Assembly: GCA_039683575.1 (NCBI GenBank)
Contig: JBDKRC010000027.1
Coordinates: 1,966-65,965, forward strand
Source: Armatimonadia bacterium
Lineage (GTDB): Bacteria; Armatimonadota; Zipacnadia; Zipacnadales; UBA11051
Length of the DNA stretch: 64,000 nucleotides
Direction: 5' to 3'
The translations under genes and the position numbers were made by a program. Positions 55,323 through 64,000 of this stretch are shown here, piece by piece. Each line of letters begins with the position of its first letter. Positions within the stretch are counted from its first letter, which is position 1. The notes under the pieces were generated by a model that saw only the letters and a list, made by a program, of their open reading frames with translations, was not told where the DNA came from and did not search any database.

Positions 55323-57677
55323 ATGCCAGACGACGCTGAGCCGCACGTTGAGGCGAGGAGCGGCCCAGACGGGCCGGGGGACCAGCCAGCCATAGACTAT
55401 GACTGGCTGGGCTTCAGCCGTAACGTCAAGGGCTTGTGCCAACTGCTCACCGAAGTCGAGACGCCCTTTGTTCTGGGCATCTACGGCGATTGGGGTACCG
55501 GCAAGACTAGCCTGATGCGGCACCTTCAGAAGGCGCTACGGGATGCAGGACATCTCACCGTCTGGTTCAACCCATGGAAATATGACAACCGGGAGGAAGT
55601 CTGGAAGGCCTTCGTTCGGGCCGTATACACAGATGTCAGGCACCAACAGACATTCCTGAAGTTCGGCTTGCAGCACGTAAAAGATACCATAGAAGATGGT
55701 GCGCGCCAGATCGCCAACATGGTTGGAAGAATGGCGGGCGTAGGCGATACTGGCAATGAAGTGCACGACCTGCTCAATCTTGACAAACAGTTTCTCAATG
55801 CCTTCGAGGACGAGTTTGAAAGACTTCTGCGAGAGGCGCTCTGCCTGGCAAGTCAGCACAACAAGGACCACGGAAAGGAAGCCGTCGCTCCGCGCCTGAC
55901 CGTCTTCGTAGATGACCTTGATAGGTGCAGTCCTGAGGCCGTCCTTGAAGTGATCGAGGCGCTCAAGCTCTATCTCGAGGTGCCGAATTGCCTCTTCGTT
56001 CTGGGGATAAATCAGGAAGTGGTTAGCCAGGCCGTACACCAGAAATATGGATTGCCAACGATGCGAGGCGCTGATGGCGACGCGGAGACTGCCGAGGCAG
56101 TCGCCTATCCGCTGGGTCTACGGTATCTGGAGAAGATCGTTCAGCTTCCCTTCCATCTTCCGCCTACTGACGACGCCGACCTCAAGACATTCTTGTCCGA
56201 GGTGAACAGGCTGACACCACCACCGGAAGGGGTTCGCGAGGCGCAGTGGGTGGAGTACCTCACACTGGTGGCCAATGCCACCAACCGCAACCCACGCCAG
56301 ATCAAGCGCTTCGCTCTGACGTTGCGGCTTTTGAGCGGTATCGCGCCAAGCACAATCCGCGTAACCGGCTCCGCCCTGGAGACACCGTTTGACAGACTGA
56401 AGCTGGCGAAAATCGTTTTGGTACAGTTCGTGGACTACCAACTGTACAAGCTAATCCGCAATGTGCCCGAGGCGCTGCTCGATAGGCAGACAAGGGCACA
56501 AGAGCGGTTGGGAGCGACTGCTGCAGAGAGTCCGACCGCTCCGAGGGAGACCCGTCACGTCAGTCCCAAACTGGATGAGATTCTGTCGCGACGGCCACTG
56601 TTCAGCAATGCGGAGGAGGTATCCTGCTACGTAAGGCACTCCGCCGGAAGCCCCTCCGAGCGCGGCAGCCATGAAGCGCAACCGGAACTCGAGTTGGCAC
56701 TGGAGCGGTACTACAAAGTTGACAGCGTACCTTCTGACTACCTGTTGAACCTTCTAGCGGATCTTGATACCAATGCTCTGAGCGAACATGTGGAGGCACT
56801 GGCGAGGACTATGAACGAACCTGACGACCCGCGTAATTTCAAGGTTGCGCTGCTCCTCGGGTGTATCGGTCGGCGTGCGAAAGCAGGAGTGCCCTCACTC
56901 GAGCGAGCCGCCGCTATGCCGTCGTCACTAACGACAACCGCTGCCCAGGTAGCCCTGACGTTGCTGACAGACAACGACACCGCGGTGAGAGACTCCATTG
57001 CGAACTGGGCGGTTCACGACCATCCTGCTATTCGGTGGATGAGCATGTACGCGCTGGCGCGGACGCCTGCCCTCCGACAGTTGGCTGTACCCCTTGCGGC
57101 TAATGCGCTGGAAGATAGTGACGACATAGTGCGGTATCAGGCGGTAGATACACTCCGGATGATTGGCACCAAAGAGGCAGGTGTCGTCCCCGCGCTCGTG
57201 CGAGCCGTGGATGTCCCCAGCACCAGCGCTAGTTACTGGGCCCAACTTGACCTCGACTACACTCATCGGGTACTGAAGGACGACGTTCCCGAACTTGCAG
57301 CACTTCTGTCCCACGAATCAGCGCTGGTGGTTGAGTACGCTGCCAAGGCATTGGGACGGGTCGGAAGAGGAGCGGCAAGCGCCTCGCCCGGGCTGAAAGC
57401 GGTTGCCCTAACTAACGAGAGGCCTAAGACGCGGACGGCGGCAGTCAGGGCCATGGGGCTGATTGCGGAACCCGTCCCCGAGAATGTGGAGGCGCTTCTG
57501 CAGGCGGCCCACGACAGATCTGTGTCTGTCCAGGCGGCGGTTGCAGTAGCCCTGGGCCGGATTGGTGCGAAATCTGGCGCTGTGACCGACGCACTACGCC
57601 ATCTCGCTGCTGCTACGCACGCGCCCCTTGTCTCTAGGTCAGCGCAGAAAGCACTTGATCGCCTGACGCAGCTATAG
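55323..57677 (+). CDS. KAP-family P-loop NTPase fused to C-terminal HEAT repeats
   Basis: GIYGDWGTGKTS, VWFNPWKY, VFVDDLDRC, YLEKIVQLPFHLP and NPRQIKR motifs; repeated VR.AA..ALG.IG units; ATG at 55323 behind AAGGGGG. Confidence 0.9.
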   Translation: MPDDAEPHVEARSGPDGPGDQPAIDYDWLGFSRNVKGLCQLLTEVETPFVLGIYGDWGTGKTSLMRHLQKALRDAGHLTVWFNPWKYDNREEVWKAFVRAVYTDVRHQQTFLKFGLQHVKDTIEDGARQIANMVGRMAGVGDTGNEVHDLLNLDKQFLNAFEDEFERLLREALCLASQHNKDHGKEAVAPRLTVFVDDLDRCSPEAVLEVIEALKLYLEVPNCLFVLGINQEVVSQAVHQKYGLPTMRGADGDAETAEAVAYPLGLRYLEKIVQLPFHLPPTDDADLKTFLSEVNRLTPPPEGVREAQWVEYLTLVANATNRNPRQIKRFALTLRLLSGIAPSTIRVTGSALETPFDRLKLAKIVLVQFVDYQLYKLIRNVPEALLDRQTRAQERLGATAAESPTAPRETRHVSPKLDEILSRRPLFSNAEEVSCYVRHSAGSPSERGSHEAQPELELALERYYKVDSVPSDYLLNLLADLDTNALSEHVEALARTMNEPDDPRNFKVALLLGCIGRRAKAGVPSLERAAAMPSSLTTTAAQVALTLLTDNDTAVRDSIANWAVHDHPAIRWMSMYALARTPALRQLAVPLAANALEDSDDIVRYQAVDTLRMIGTKEAGVVPALVRAVDVPSTSASYWAQLDLDYTHRVLKDDVPELAALLSHESALVVEYAAKALGRVGRGAASASPGLKAVALTNERPKTRTAAVRAMGLIAEPVPENVEALLQAAHDRSVSVQAAVAVALGRIGAKSGAVTDALRHLAAATHAPLVSRSAQKALDRLTQL

Positions 57678-57743
57678 CGCTATATAGGCGGCGCGACGAC
57701 TACTGCCGTCGCGAAGCTCATGAGCACCATCGAGGAGCTAACC

Positions 57744-58880
57744 ATGCTATCCAACCTAACCACAATCCATAGCCGTCGCACCGGACGCTTCTCCTCCTGG
57801 GACACCTCGGGCCGCAATGCCGATGCCTGGACGATTGCGCCCGGGGAGACGCGTGTTCTCGCCGACATCTCCGGCCCTGCCCAGATCACCCACCTGTGGA
57901 TGACGCAGGCGAACCACTATCGCGAGTGCCTGCTGAAGATCACATGGGACAATGCCGCCTATCCCAGCGTGGTCGCGCCGCTCGGGGACTTCTTTGGCCT
58001 GGGGCATGGGCTGGTTAGCTCGTACCAGTCGGCGCTCTTCACGGCCTCGACGGCCAGGCCGAATCAGTTCAACCAGGGCTGCGCGCTGAACTGCTATGCG
58101 CCGATGCCCTTTCGCGAGCGGTGCGTGGTGGAGCTTATGAACGAAAGCGACCAGCCGCACCGGCAGTACTTCTATGTGGACTATGAGACGCTGGAGGAGG
58201 TGCCGGAGGACGCGGGGTACTTCCACGCGGAGTTCCGGCGCGCGAACCCCTTCGGCGGCTGGGGGCATGAGATTACCGTCAATACCCCGCTGGCCAACGC
58301 GGTCAATGTCGAGCGGCAGGCGTGGGCGAGCAACTATGTCATCATGGAGAGTCGCGGGCGGGGGCATTACCTCGGGTGCAACCTGTCGGTGACGAACTTC
58401 CAGGGCACCTGGTGGGGCGAGGGGGATGACATGATCTGGGTGGACGGGTACAAGTGGCCGCCGGACCTGCACGGGACGGGTAGCGAGGACTATCTCAACC
58501 AGGCGTGGGGGATGCAGGACAACGCGTTCATGCGCAACGGTTCTTCGATCTTCGAGGGCAACACGAAGGGCTATCAGACGAGCTATGTCTTCCATCTGGA
58601 AAACCCGGTGCGCTTCCAGAAGGAGATCAAGGTAACCATCGAGCACGGGCATGCCAACCATCTCGCCAACGAGATGAGCAGCGTGGGCTACTGGTACCTC
58701 GACAAGCCGGGGAAGGTAGCCGAACCGCCGCCGGTGGCGCAGAGATTGCCGGTGCTGCGCGACAACCAGGGCCACTGGCTGCACGACCCAGAGCGGCAGT
58801 GCCCCGGCAAGCCGGTGAAGCTCACTGACGAGATGCGGCAGAATAAGAAAGAATGGAAGCGTCGCGCCAATCCCGCGTAG
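57744..58880 (+). CDS. Second DUF2961 / GH172-family protein
   Basis: RFSSWDTSGRNAD, APLGDFFG, WWGEGDDMIWVDG...HGTGSEDY and IEHGHAN motifs; ATG at 57744 behind GAGGAG. Confidence 0.9.
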   Translation: MLSNLTTIHSRRTGRFSSWDTSGRNADAWTIAPGETRVLADISGPAQITHLWMTQANHYRECLLKITWDNAAYPSVVAPLGDFFGLGHGLVSSYQSALFTASTARPNQFNQGCALNCYAPMPFRERCVVELMNESDQPHRQYFYVDYETLEEVPEDAGYFHAEFRRANPFGGWGHEITVNTPLANAVNVERQAWASNYVIMESRGRGHYLGCNLSVTNFQGTWWGEGDDMIWVDGYKWPPDLHGTGSEDYLNQAWGMQDNAFMRNGSSIFEGNTKGYQTSYVFHLENPVRFQKEIKVTIEHGHANHLANEMSSVGYWYLDKPGKVAEPPPVAQRLPVLRDNQGHWLHDPERQCPGKPVKLTDEMRQNKKEWKRRANPA

Positions 58881-58922
58881 TGCGGACGTCTCGCCCGCAT
58901 CCGGCATAACGGAGGACGTCAT

Positions 58923-59609
58923 ATGATCGCAGTCATCAGCATGGACCAACAGGGCACCTACGACCAGAACGACGGCGGGACCGGGATGAAGCGCAAGTTT
59001 GAGAAGCTGACCGGCGCGCCGGTGGTCACCTTGCATTACTCGCAGGCCTCGCCGGAGTACATGGCGCGGATCAACCCGCAGGCGGTCTTCATCGGCGGCT
59101 TCGGGTATGGCTGGCGTACCATCAAAGTGCCGGACCTGTACCCGATCAGCGATTTCCTGCACGAGACCGAGATCCCCGTATACGCGGCGTGCGGCGGGCA
59201 TCAACTGGTCGGCTACTGCTTCAACCACGATCTGCGCAAGGTCAAGCAGCTTCAGGACCAGCCGATGCGCAAGCTCCGCGCTGATGAGCCGGACTATGGG
59301 CCGAGGTCGTATTGCTCGGGGTTCTACATGGCGACCGGCTACGCGGTAGTGGAGACGCTGAAGCGCGATCCGCTGTTTGCGGGCCTGAAGAAGAAGATCC
59401 GCGTGCGCGAGTCGCACTACTGCGAAGTCAAGAAGCTGCCGAAGGGGTTTGAGCTACTCGCCACGAGCCCTGAGTGCAAGATCGAGGCCATGAAGCACGT
59501 GGACAAGCCATTGTACGGCTGCCAGTTCCACGCGGAGACGTGGCTGGAACCGTACCTGGACGGGCGCAAGGTGATGGAGAACTTCTTCCGGATAGCCGGC
59601 TTGATGTAG
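58923..59609 (+). CDS. Class I glutamine amidotransferase-like protein (stand-alone)
   Basis: AACGGHQL (Cys), RESHYCEV and QFHAE (His-x-Glu). Confidence 0.85.
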   Translation: MIAVISMDQQGTYDQNDGGTGMKRKFEKLTGAPVVTLHYSQASPEYMARINPQAVFIGGFGYGWRTIKVPDLYPISDFLHETEIPVYAACGGHQLVGYCFNHDLRKVKQLQDQPMRKLRADEPDYGPRSYCSGFYMATGYAVVETLKRDPLFAGLKKKIRVRESHYCEVKKLPKGFELLATSPECKIEAMKHVDKPLYGCQFHAETWLEPYLDGRKVMENFFRIAGLM

Positions 59610-59616
59610 GGATACT

Positions 59617-59700
59617 AACGAAAACAGAAGGACAGAAGACGGAAAACAGTTCGGACAAGACCGGTCTCCGGCTGTTTTCTGTTTTCCGTTTCCCGTTTTC
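59617..59700. repeat. Inverted heptamer tracts forming a long imperfect hairpin
   Basis: GAAAACA/GAAGGACA/GAAGACG/GAAAACA versus CTGTTTT/CTGTTTT/CCGTTTC/CCGTTTT; a related GAAAACG-GAAAACA pair is at 23173-23186. Confidence 0.6.
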
Positions 59701-59723
59701 GCCTCTTCTGATCGGAGATCGTT

Positions 59724-60944
59724 GTGTCTGACAACCCCGAACGCGAACAATCCTCACTGACCCAGATCGTGCTACTCTGCGCTTCATTCTTCTTCCTGTT
59801 CTTTGGCGTGGGGGCCGTGCAGCAGTTCCTGGTGCCCATTCTCGTGACGCGTACCCACGTGTCCAATACCGCGGCGGCGGCAACCTTCTCACTGGTGTAT
59901 TTCGGCGGCCCGGTGTGGTTGTGGCTATATAGCTACTACTTCCGCGTGCTGCGGGAGAGGTGGAGCATCATCCTCGCGGGGCTGACGTACACCCTGTTTG
60001 GGGTGCTCGTATACCTGGCGCATGACTGGAAGCTCGCGGTGCTCGCGGCGCTGATATGGGGCTGGGGAGGAGAGACGTTGTGGGCGACGGGGCCGGCGCA
60101 GGTTATCAACGTCAGCGATCCCAAACGGCGCGGAAGCGTGTCGGGGCTGTTCCAGAGCTCGACGTACTCCGGGCAGATGCTCGGTGTCATCCTGCTCGGA
60201 TACCTCCTGAGCCGCTCCGCGACGCCCGAGGCCGGCCACGACGCAGTACTGCTGACTGCCATCGGGATTAGCGCCATTGGCAATGTCCTGTCGCTGTTCC
60301 TGCGGGTCAAGCCCAAGGAACTGCCGCCCGCGAAGCTGTCGGACGCCATACTGGCGATGAAGCGGACAGCAGGACGGTACCTGGTGCTGCTGTCAGTGGC
60401 CAACTACCTCGGATGGGGACTGGTACTGACGAGCTTCACGATTCTGGTGGCACGGGACATGGGCGAGGGCGCGAAGCTGCACTGGATCATCCTGCCCTAC
60501 TACGTGGGACGCCTGATCGTGGCATGGATCGCTGGCCATACCTCCGACAAGGTCGGGAGAGAGAAGGTCATGATCGCCGGGTTTGCGCTGGGCGCAGTCA
60601 GCCTGTGCATGGTAGCGATTGCGCAATCGGTGCCTGTGGTCGCGGGGGCGTCGCTGGTGTTGGGGATGCAGTCCGCGATGGTCAGTGTGGCGATGACGGC
60701 TGCGGTGGGCGACTACATCAAGCCCGACGAGCGTCACCTGGTGTTCGCCGGGACGAATGCGTGGGGTTACCTGACAGCAGGCACGACGATGATCCTGTCG
60801 CCGCTGCTGCGGGACCTTGTGGGCAACTTCTCTCTCTCATTCTTCGTTTTCGCCGGGTTCTACGGCATCTGCGCGGTAATCGCGGCGAAGATGCGGGAGC
60901 GGCTGGCGGCGGAGAACCTGGACGGCGACGCGGCGGCTGTGTAG
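59724..60944 (+). CDS. MFS transporter
   Basis: About 12 TM helices; RRGSVSGLFQ and GHTSDKVGR loop motifs. Confidence 0.85.
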   Translation: MSDNPEREQSSLTQIVLLCASFFFLFFGVGAVQQFLVPILVTRTHVSNTAAAATFSLVYFGGPVWLWLYSYYFRVLRERWSIILAGLTYTLFGVLVYLAHDWKLAVLAALIWGWGGETLWATGPAQVINVSDPKRRGSVSGLFQSSTYSGQMLGVILLGYLLSRSATPEAGHDAVLLTAIGISAIGNVLSLFLRVKPKELPPAKLSDAILAMKRTAGRYLVLLSVANYLGWGLVLTSFTILVARDMGEGAKLHWIILPYYVGRLIVAWIAGHTSDKVGREKVMIAGFALGAVSLCMVAIAQSVPVVAGASLVLGMQSAMVSVAMTAAVGDYIKPDERHLVFAGTNAWGYLTAGTTMILSPLLRDLVGNFSLSFFVFAGFYGICAVIAAKMRERLAAENLDGDAAAV

Positions 60945-61013
60945 TCATCGGTGCGGAACAACATTGTCGGACATCTGTTGTGAAGTCGTAGCATGATGAA
61001 ACGGGGAGCAACC

Positions 61014-62258
61014 ATGATACGGCATATGCTCGTCCTGGTACTGTGCCTCTCTGCACTGGCAGCAGCGGCCCAGCCCGCCGCTGACGCCGCGAAGCCGTGG
61101 GAGACGTGGCAGCCGCCCCAGGTGGTGCTGCCGCAGCCAAATGCCTTCGACACTTACCTCAAGGCCATCGACCTCAAACTGCGCATAGACCAGCAGCAGG
61201 GCCTGGGCGGTAATCCCCCACCGCCTCCACCGGATGGAGCACGAGACCGCTGGGGCGAGGGCCCACAGGGGGTGCCGCTTCCGGAGCGGGTGGCACTGTA
61301 CGCCGAGGTCCTGACTCTAGTGCGCCAGGCTTTGCGCCAGGAGTGCCGAATCCCGCTTCCGACCGCCTTTGATGAGATGTTGCCCTATCTGGCGGATTTC
61401 AGGGGCCTGGTGCGGCTCCTGGCGATGGAAGCGGAGGTCAAGCGCATTGAGGGCGACTATGGGGCTGCGGCGGAAAGTGCACTTGATGCGCTGCGGGTTG
61501 GTCAAGCCGCCTCCACGCAGCGGATTCTGATCTCGGGACTGGTAGGCATCGCCTCCGAGGCGATAGCGTTTGCGTCCCTGGATGAGACGATACCCGGGCT
61601 CTCGGCTGCGGAGTGCAAGACGGTGCTGGCGCAGTTGCTTGAGATTGAGCGAACGCGGGTGCCAGTGGCGGAGTGGCTGACAGGCGAGGAGGTCTTGACG
61701 CGGGGCTACTTCAAGCAGATAGTCATCGACCCGAAGAAGCACGAGCAATTCCTGGCGGAGGCTAAGGATCTGGGCCCGGAGGCAGACAAGGTATTGGCGG
61801 AGCTTGGCCCCAAGGGCTGGGAGTATATTGGCGAGACGTACGAAGCCCTGCAGCAGTATGCGGCCTTGCCGGGCGCGAAGCGGCCAGCCGAGCCCGCCGT
61901 GCCCGACAGCACCTTCATGAAGATGATCGTGCCTGCCATGACCAGGGTTGTCTTCAAGGCGGATCAATCGTTGACGGCTTTCCGGCTGCATGAGGCGGAG
62001 TTGGCGGTGCGGGCGTACCTGCTGGAGACTGGACGTCTTCCTGAGAGCCTGACCGCGCTGGTGCCCGGCTATCTCCCTGCAGTCCCGGCTGATCCGTTCG
62101 GCGAGGGGCCTCTGCGGGCCAAGGCGGCGACCAACTCACTGCTCATCTATAGCGTCGGGCCTGATGGCGTGGATGATGGTGGCAAGCCGCACAAGGAGCA
62201 GTTCACGAGTCGCGAAAGCAAGGGTGACATCGTTGTCACTGTCGCAATACCACGATAG
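61014..62258 (+). CDS. Secreted helical hypothetical protein with GspG-like C-terminal motif
   Basis: Signal peptide; LPESLTALVPGYLPAVPADPF...LIYSVGPDGVDDGG. Confidence 0.7.
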   Translation: MIRHMLVLVLCLSALAAAAQPAADAAKPWETWQPPQVVLPQPNAFDTYLKAIDLKLRIDQQQGLGGNPPPPPPDGARDRWGEGPQGVPLPERVALYAEVLTLVRQALRQECRIPLPTAFDEMLPYLADFRGLVRLLAMEAEVKRIEGDYGAAAESALDALRVGQAASTQRILISGLVGIASEAIAFASLDETIPGLSAAECKTVLAQLLEIERTRVPVAEWLTGEEVLTRGYFKQIVIDPKKHEQFLAEAKDLGPEADKVLAELGPKGWEYIGETYEALQQYAALPGAKRPAEPAVPDSTFMKMIVPAMTRVVFKADQSLTAFRLHEAELAVRAYLLETGRLPESLTALVPGYLPAVPADPFGEGPLRAKAATNSLLIYSVGPDGVDDGGKPHKEQFTSRESKGDIVVTVAIPR

Positions 62259-62260
62259 TC

Positions 62261-62339
62261 TCGCGTGGCAGGCATGCTCCGCATGCCGGAAGCCCATAGC
62301 GAGACGAGTTCCGGCATGCGGAGCATGCCTACCACGCGA
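62261..62339. repeat. 31-bp inverted repeat (1 mismatch), REP-like doublet
   Basis: TCGCGTGGCAGGCATGCTCCGCATGCCGGAA / TTCCGGCATGCGGAGCATGCCTACCACGCGA. Confidence 0.8.
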
Positions 62340-62357
62340 TCTGGGATGGGAGCCCAC

Positions 62358-63656
62358 ATGGAACATGGCAAGATCGTCCTCATCGGCGCAGGCAGCGCCT
62401 CATTCACAGTCGGGCTCGTGGCCGACCTGCTGATCTCGGATATCGCGGATGAGTGGACCGTCGGGCTGGTGGACATTGACGAGCGGGCCCTGGGCGTGGC
62501 GCGGGGCCTCGTGGAGCGAATGGTGCAGGTCAAGCAGGCGCCTGTGACCGTCGAGGCGTCGCTGGACCGGACGGCAGTGCTGCCGGGCGCTGACATCGTG
62601 GTCACCACCATCGCAGTCGGCGGACGACCGGCATGGGAAGCCGATGTGGTGGTGCCCCAGAAGCATGGTATCTACCAGCCTGTCGGCGACACGGTCTGCG
62701 CCGGGGGCATTTCGAGGGCGCTGCGGCAGATTCCACCCATGCTGGACATCGCGCGGGACGTGGCGCGCCTCTGCCCCACTGCGTACTTCTTCAACTATGG
62801 CAACCCGATGGCGGCGATCACGCGGGCGGTCAACAAGGCCACCGACGCCACCCTGACCGGCCTCTGCCACGGCGTGCAGGGGACGCTGCGGCACCTGTGC
62901 AACTTCATCGGCGTGTCCTACAGCGAGATCAGCTCGCTGTACTTCGGCATGAACCACCTGACATGGATCACGCACTTCACGCGGCATGGCGAGGACCTCT
63001 GGCCGCTGGTGGATGCGAAGCTGGCAAGCGAGCCGCCGTCGGACAATCCCTTCTCATGGGAGCTATACCGCACCTACGGGGCCTTCCCCGCGGTGCTGGA
63101 CCGGCATATCACCGAATTCTACTCGGAGCGATTTGCCCGGGGCGGGTACTACGGCAAGCGACTGGGCGTGGACGAGTTTGACATCCTGGGCTGCATCCAC
63201 GGCGGTGACGAGCGGTATGAGAAGATGGCCGCGCAGGCAGAGGGACGCGAGCCGCTCGAGGAGAGCCTGTTTCAGCGCACGCTCGGGGAGCACGAGGCGC
63301 TGATCCCGATCCTCGAGTCGATGTTCTCCGACCGGCAGCGCATTTTCCCGATGAATGTGCCGAACCGAACGGTGGCGGGCGTGCCTGAGGGGTTTGTGCT
63401 GGAGATGCCGGTAGTGGCGGCGCGGGCGGGGTGTCTCCCGACGGCGCTCCCGCCGGTGCCGACGTCCTTGCTGGCGATCACGAATGAGGCGCTGTACGGG
63501 GTGGAACTCACGGTCGAGACAGCGCTGACGGGGGACCGCAAGGCCTTCGTCGAAGCGCTGCTGTATGACGGGTGCGTGCAGGAGCTAAGCGCGGCGGAGG
63601 CGCTGGCGGATGACCTACTGGCCGCACACAAGGCGCATTTGCCTCAGTTTGCCTAG
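62358..63656 (+). CDS. Family 4 glycoside hydrolase (NAD+/Mn2+-dependent, alpha-galactosidase/glucosidase type)
   Basis: IGAGS, GDTVCAGG, NYGNP, GLCHG and GMNHLTW motifs; ATG at 62358 behind GGGAG. Confidence 0.9.
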   Translation: MEHGKIVLIGAGSASFTVGLVADLLISDIADEWTVGLVDIDERALGVARGLVERMVQVKQAPVTVEASLDRTAVLPGADIVVTTIAVGGRPAWEADVVVPQKHGIYQPVGDTVCAGGISRALRQIPPMLDIARDVARLCPTAYFFNYGNPMAAITRAVNKATDATLTGLCHGVQGTLRHLCNFIGVSYSEISSLYFGMNHLTWITHFTRHGEDLWPLVDAKLASEPPSDNPFSWELYRTYGAFPAVLDRHITEFYSERFARGGYYGKRLGVDEFDILGCIHGGDERYEKMAAQAEGREPLEESLFQRTLGEHEALIPILESMFSDRQRIFPMNVPNRTVAGVPEGFVLEMPVVAARAGCLPTALPPVPTSLLAITNEALYGVELTVETALTGDRKAFVEALLYDGCVQELSAAEALADDLLAAHKAHLPQFA

Positions 63657-63671
63657 GCATTGCAGCACGGC

Positions 63672-63736
63672 TGTCATGCTGAACGAAGTGAAGCATCCCC
63701 CGGCCGCGGGGATTCTTCGCTGCGCTCAGAATGACA
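63672..63736. repeat. GTCATGCTGA...GAAGCATC / GATTCTTCG...CAGAATGACA hairpin element
   Basis: TGTCATGCTGAACGAAGTGAAGCATCCC ... GGGATTCTTCGCTGCGCTCAGAATGACA. Confidence 0.7.
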
Positions 63737-63760
63737 AAAGTGATTCGAAGAGACTTCCAC

Positions 63761-63812
63761 ACATAAGCAAGAGGAGCGCCAGGATAGCCCTGGCGCTCTT
63801 CTTGTTTGTGTG
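63761..63812. terminator. Long hairpin between convergent genes
   Basis: CACACATAAGCAAGAGGAGCGCCAGG ... CCTGGCGCTCTTCTTGTTTGTGTG. Confidence 0.6.
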
Positions 63813-63824
63813 TCGAGGAGTGGG

Positions 63825-63998
63825 CTAACGCAGCTTCGTGATCCACTGCACCATCTCTTCGCGAGTTTCGTCGGGGTCGGCGCTGGAGGGGTCAAGGGCG
63901 TCCAGCCACGCCTGGGCCTGCTTCGCAACCGCCGCGCGGGCGGGCTTGGCCTGTTTGATAGCCTTCTCGAGCGTCGTCACATACCGCACGTCGTCCAC
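63825..63998 (-). CDS. C-terminal fragment of a gene running in from beyond the window (DUF4091-like tail)
   Basis: Open minus frame VDDVRYVTTLEKAI...REEMVQWITKLR*; not in the ORF track because its start is outside the window. Confidence 0.6.
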   Translation of the reverse strand: MDDVRYVTTLEKAIKQAKPARAAVAKQAQAWLDALDPSSADPDETREEMVQWITKLR

Positions 63999-64000
63999 GG

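Noticed and set aside
52844-55393. Long antisense ORFs (849 aa here; also 7866-8873, 20207-21298, 25415-26500, 38606-39601, 57756-59417)
   Set aside because: They are shadows of well-supported genes on the opposite strand, expected at high GC3, and carry no recognisable motifs.
55263-57715. 10-bp inverted match (CGCGACGGCA / TGCCGTCGCG) flanking the KAP gene as transposon ends
   Set aside because: Too short and GC-rich, the right copy is part of a local hairpin, and there is no target duplication or transposase.

Overview
GC-rich bacterial chromosomal window (mid-60s % GC by eye). The likely lineage is Armatimonadota or a similar diderm group; this is inferred from two prepilin/H-X9-DG (DUF1559-type) genes, a DUF6785-type membrane protein, a YjbH-like barrel and many CAZymes. 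Left part: a complete F0F1 ATP synthase operon (atpZ-I-B-E-F-H-A-G-D-C), then murA and an mreB/mbl paralogue, with GTAG-type REP-like hairpins in almost every spacer. Middle: a minus-strand carbohydrate locus (GH95-like, GH42-like, amidohydrolase, DUF6785, pilin-like, acyltransferase), a subtilisin, a DUF2961/GH172 gene, a pterin operon (PCD, pteridine reductase-like SDR, folB, folK, folE) and a diverged MoaA-like radical SAM gene. Right part: GT39-TPR, hydrolases, ribokinase, a long GreA, GH20, a KAP-NTPase-HEAT gene and a second DUF2961 locus with a GATase, an MFS transporter and GH4. Most unusual observations: (1) the 3' end of the first DUF2961 gene occurs three times in tandem (one 294-bp copy at about 95% identity, one 82-bp copy at about 90%), with a different orphan cargo gene behind each of the first two copies and no integrase, suggesting a cassette-accretion hotspot; (2) a REP doublet translated in frame inside a membrane-protein gene; (3) a MoaA paralogue with altered GTP/SAM-binding residues; (4) apparent ACG/CTG/TTG coupled starts in the pterin operon; (5) a KAP-NTPase-HEAT gene inside a sugar locus. 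I recognised no rRNA, tRNA, CRISPR array, transposase or integrase. All family assignments come from motifs recognised by eye; no database search was run.
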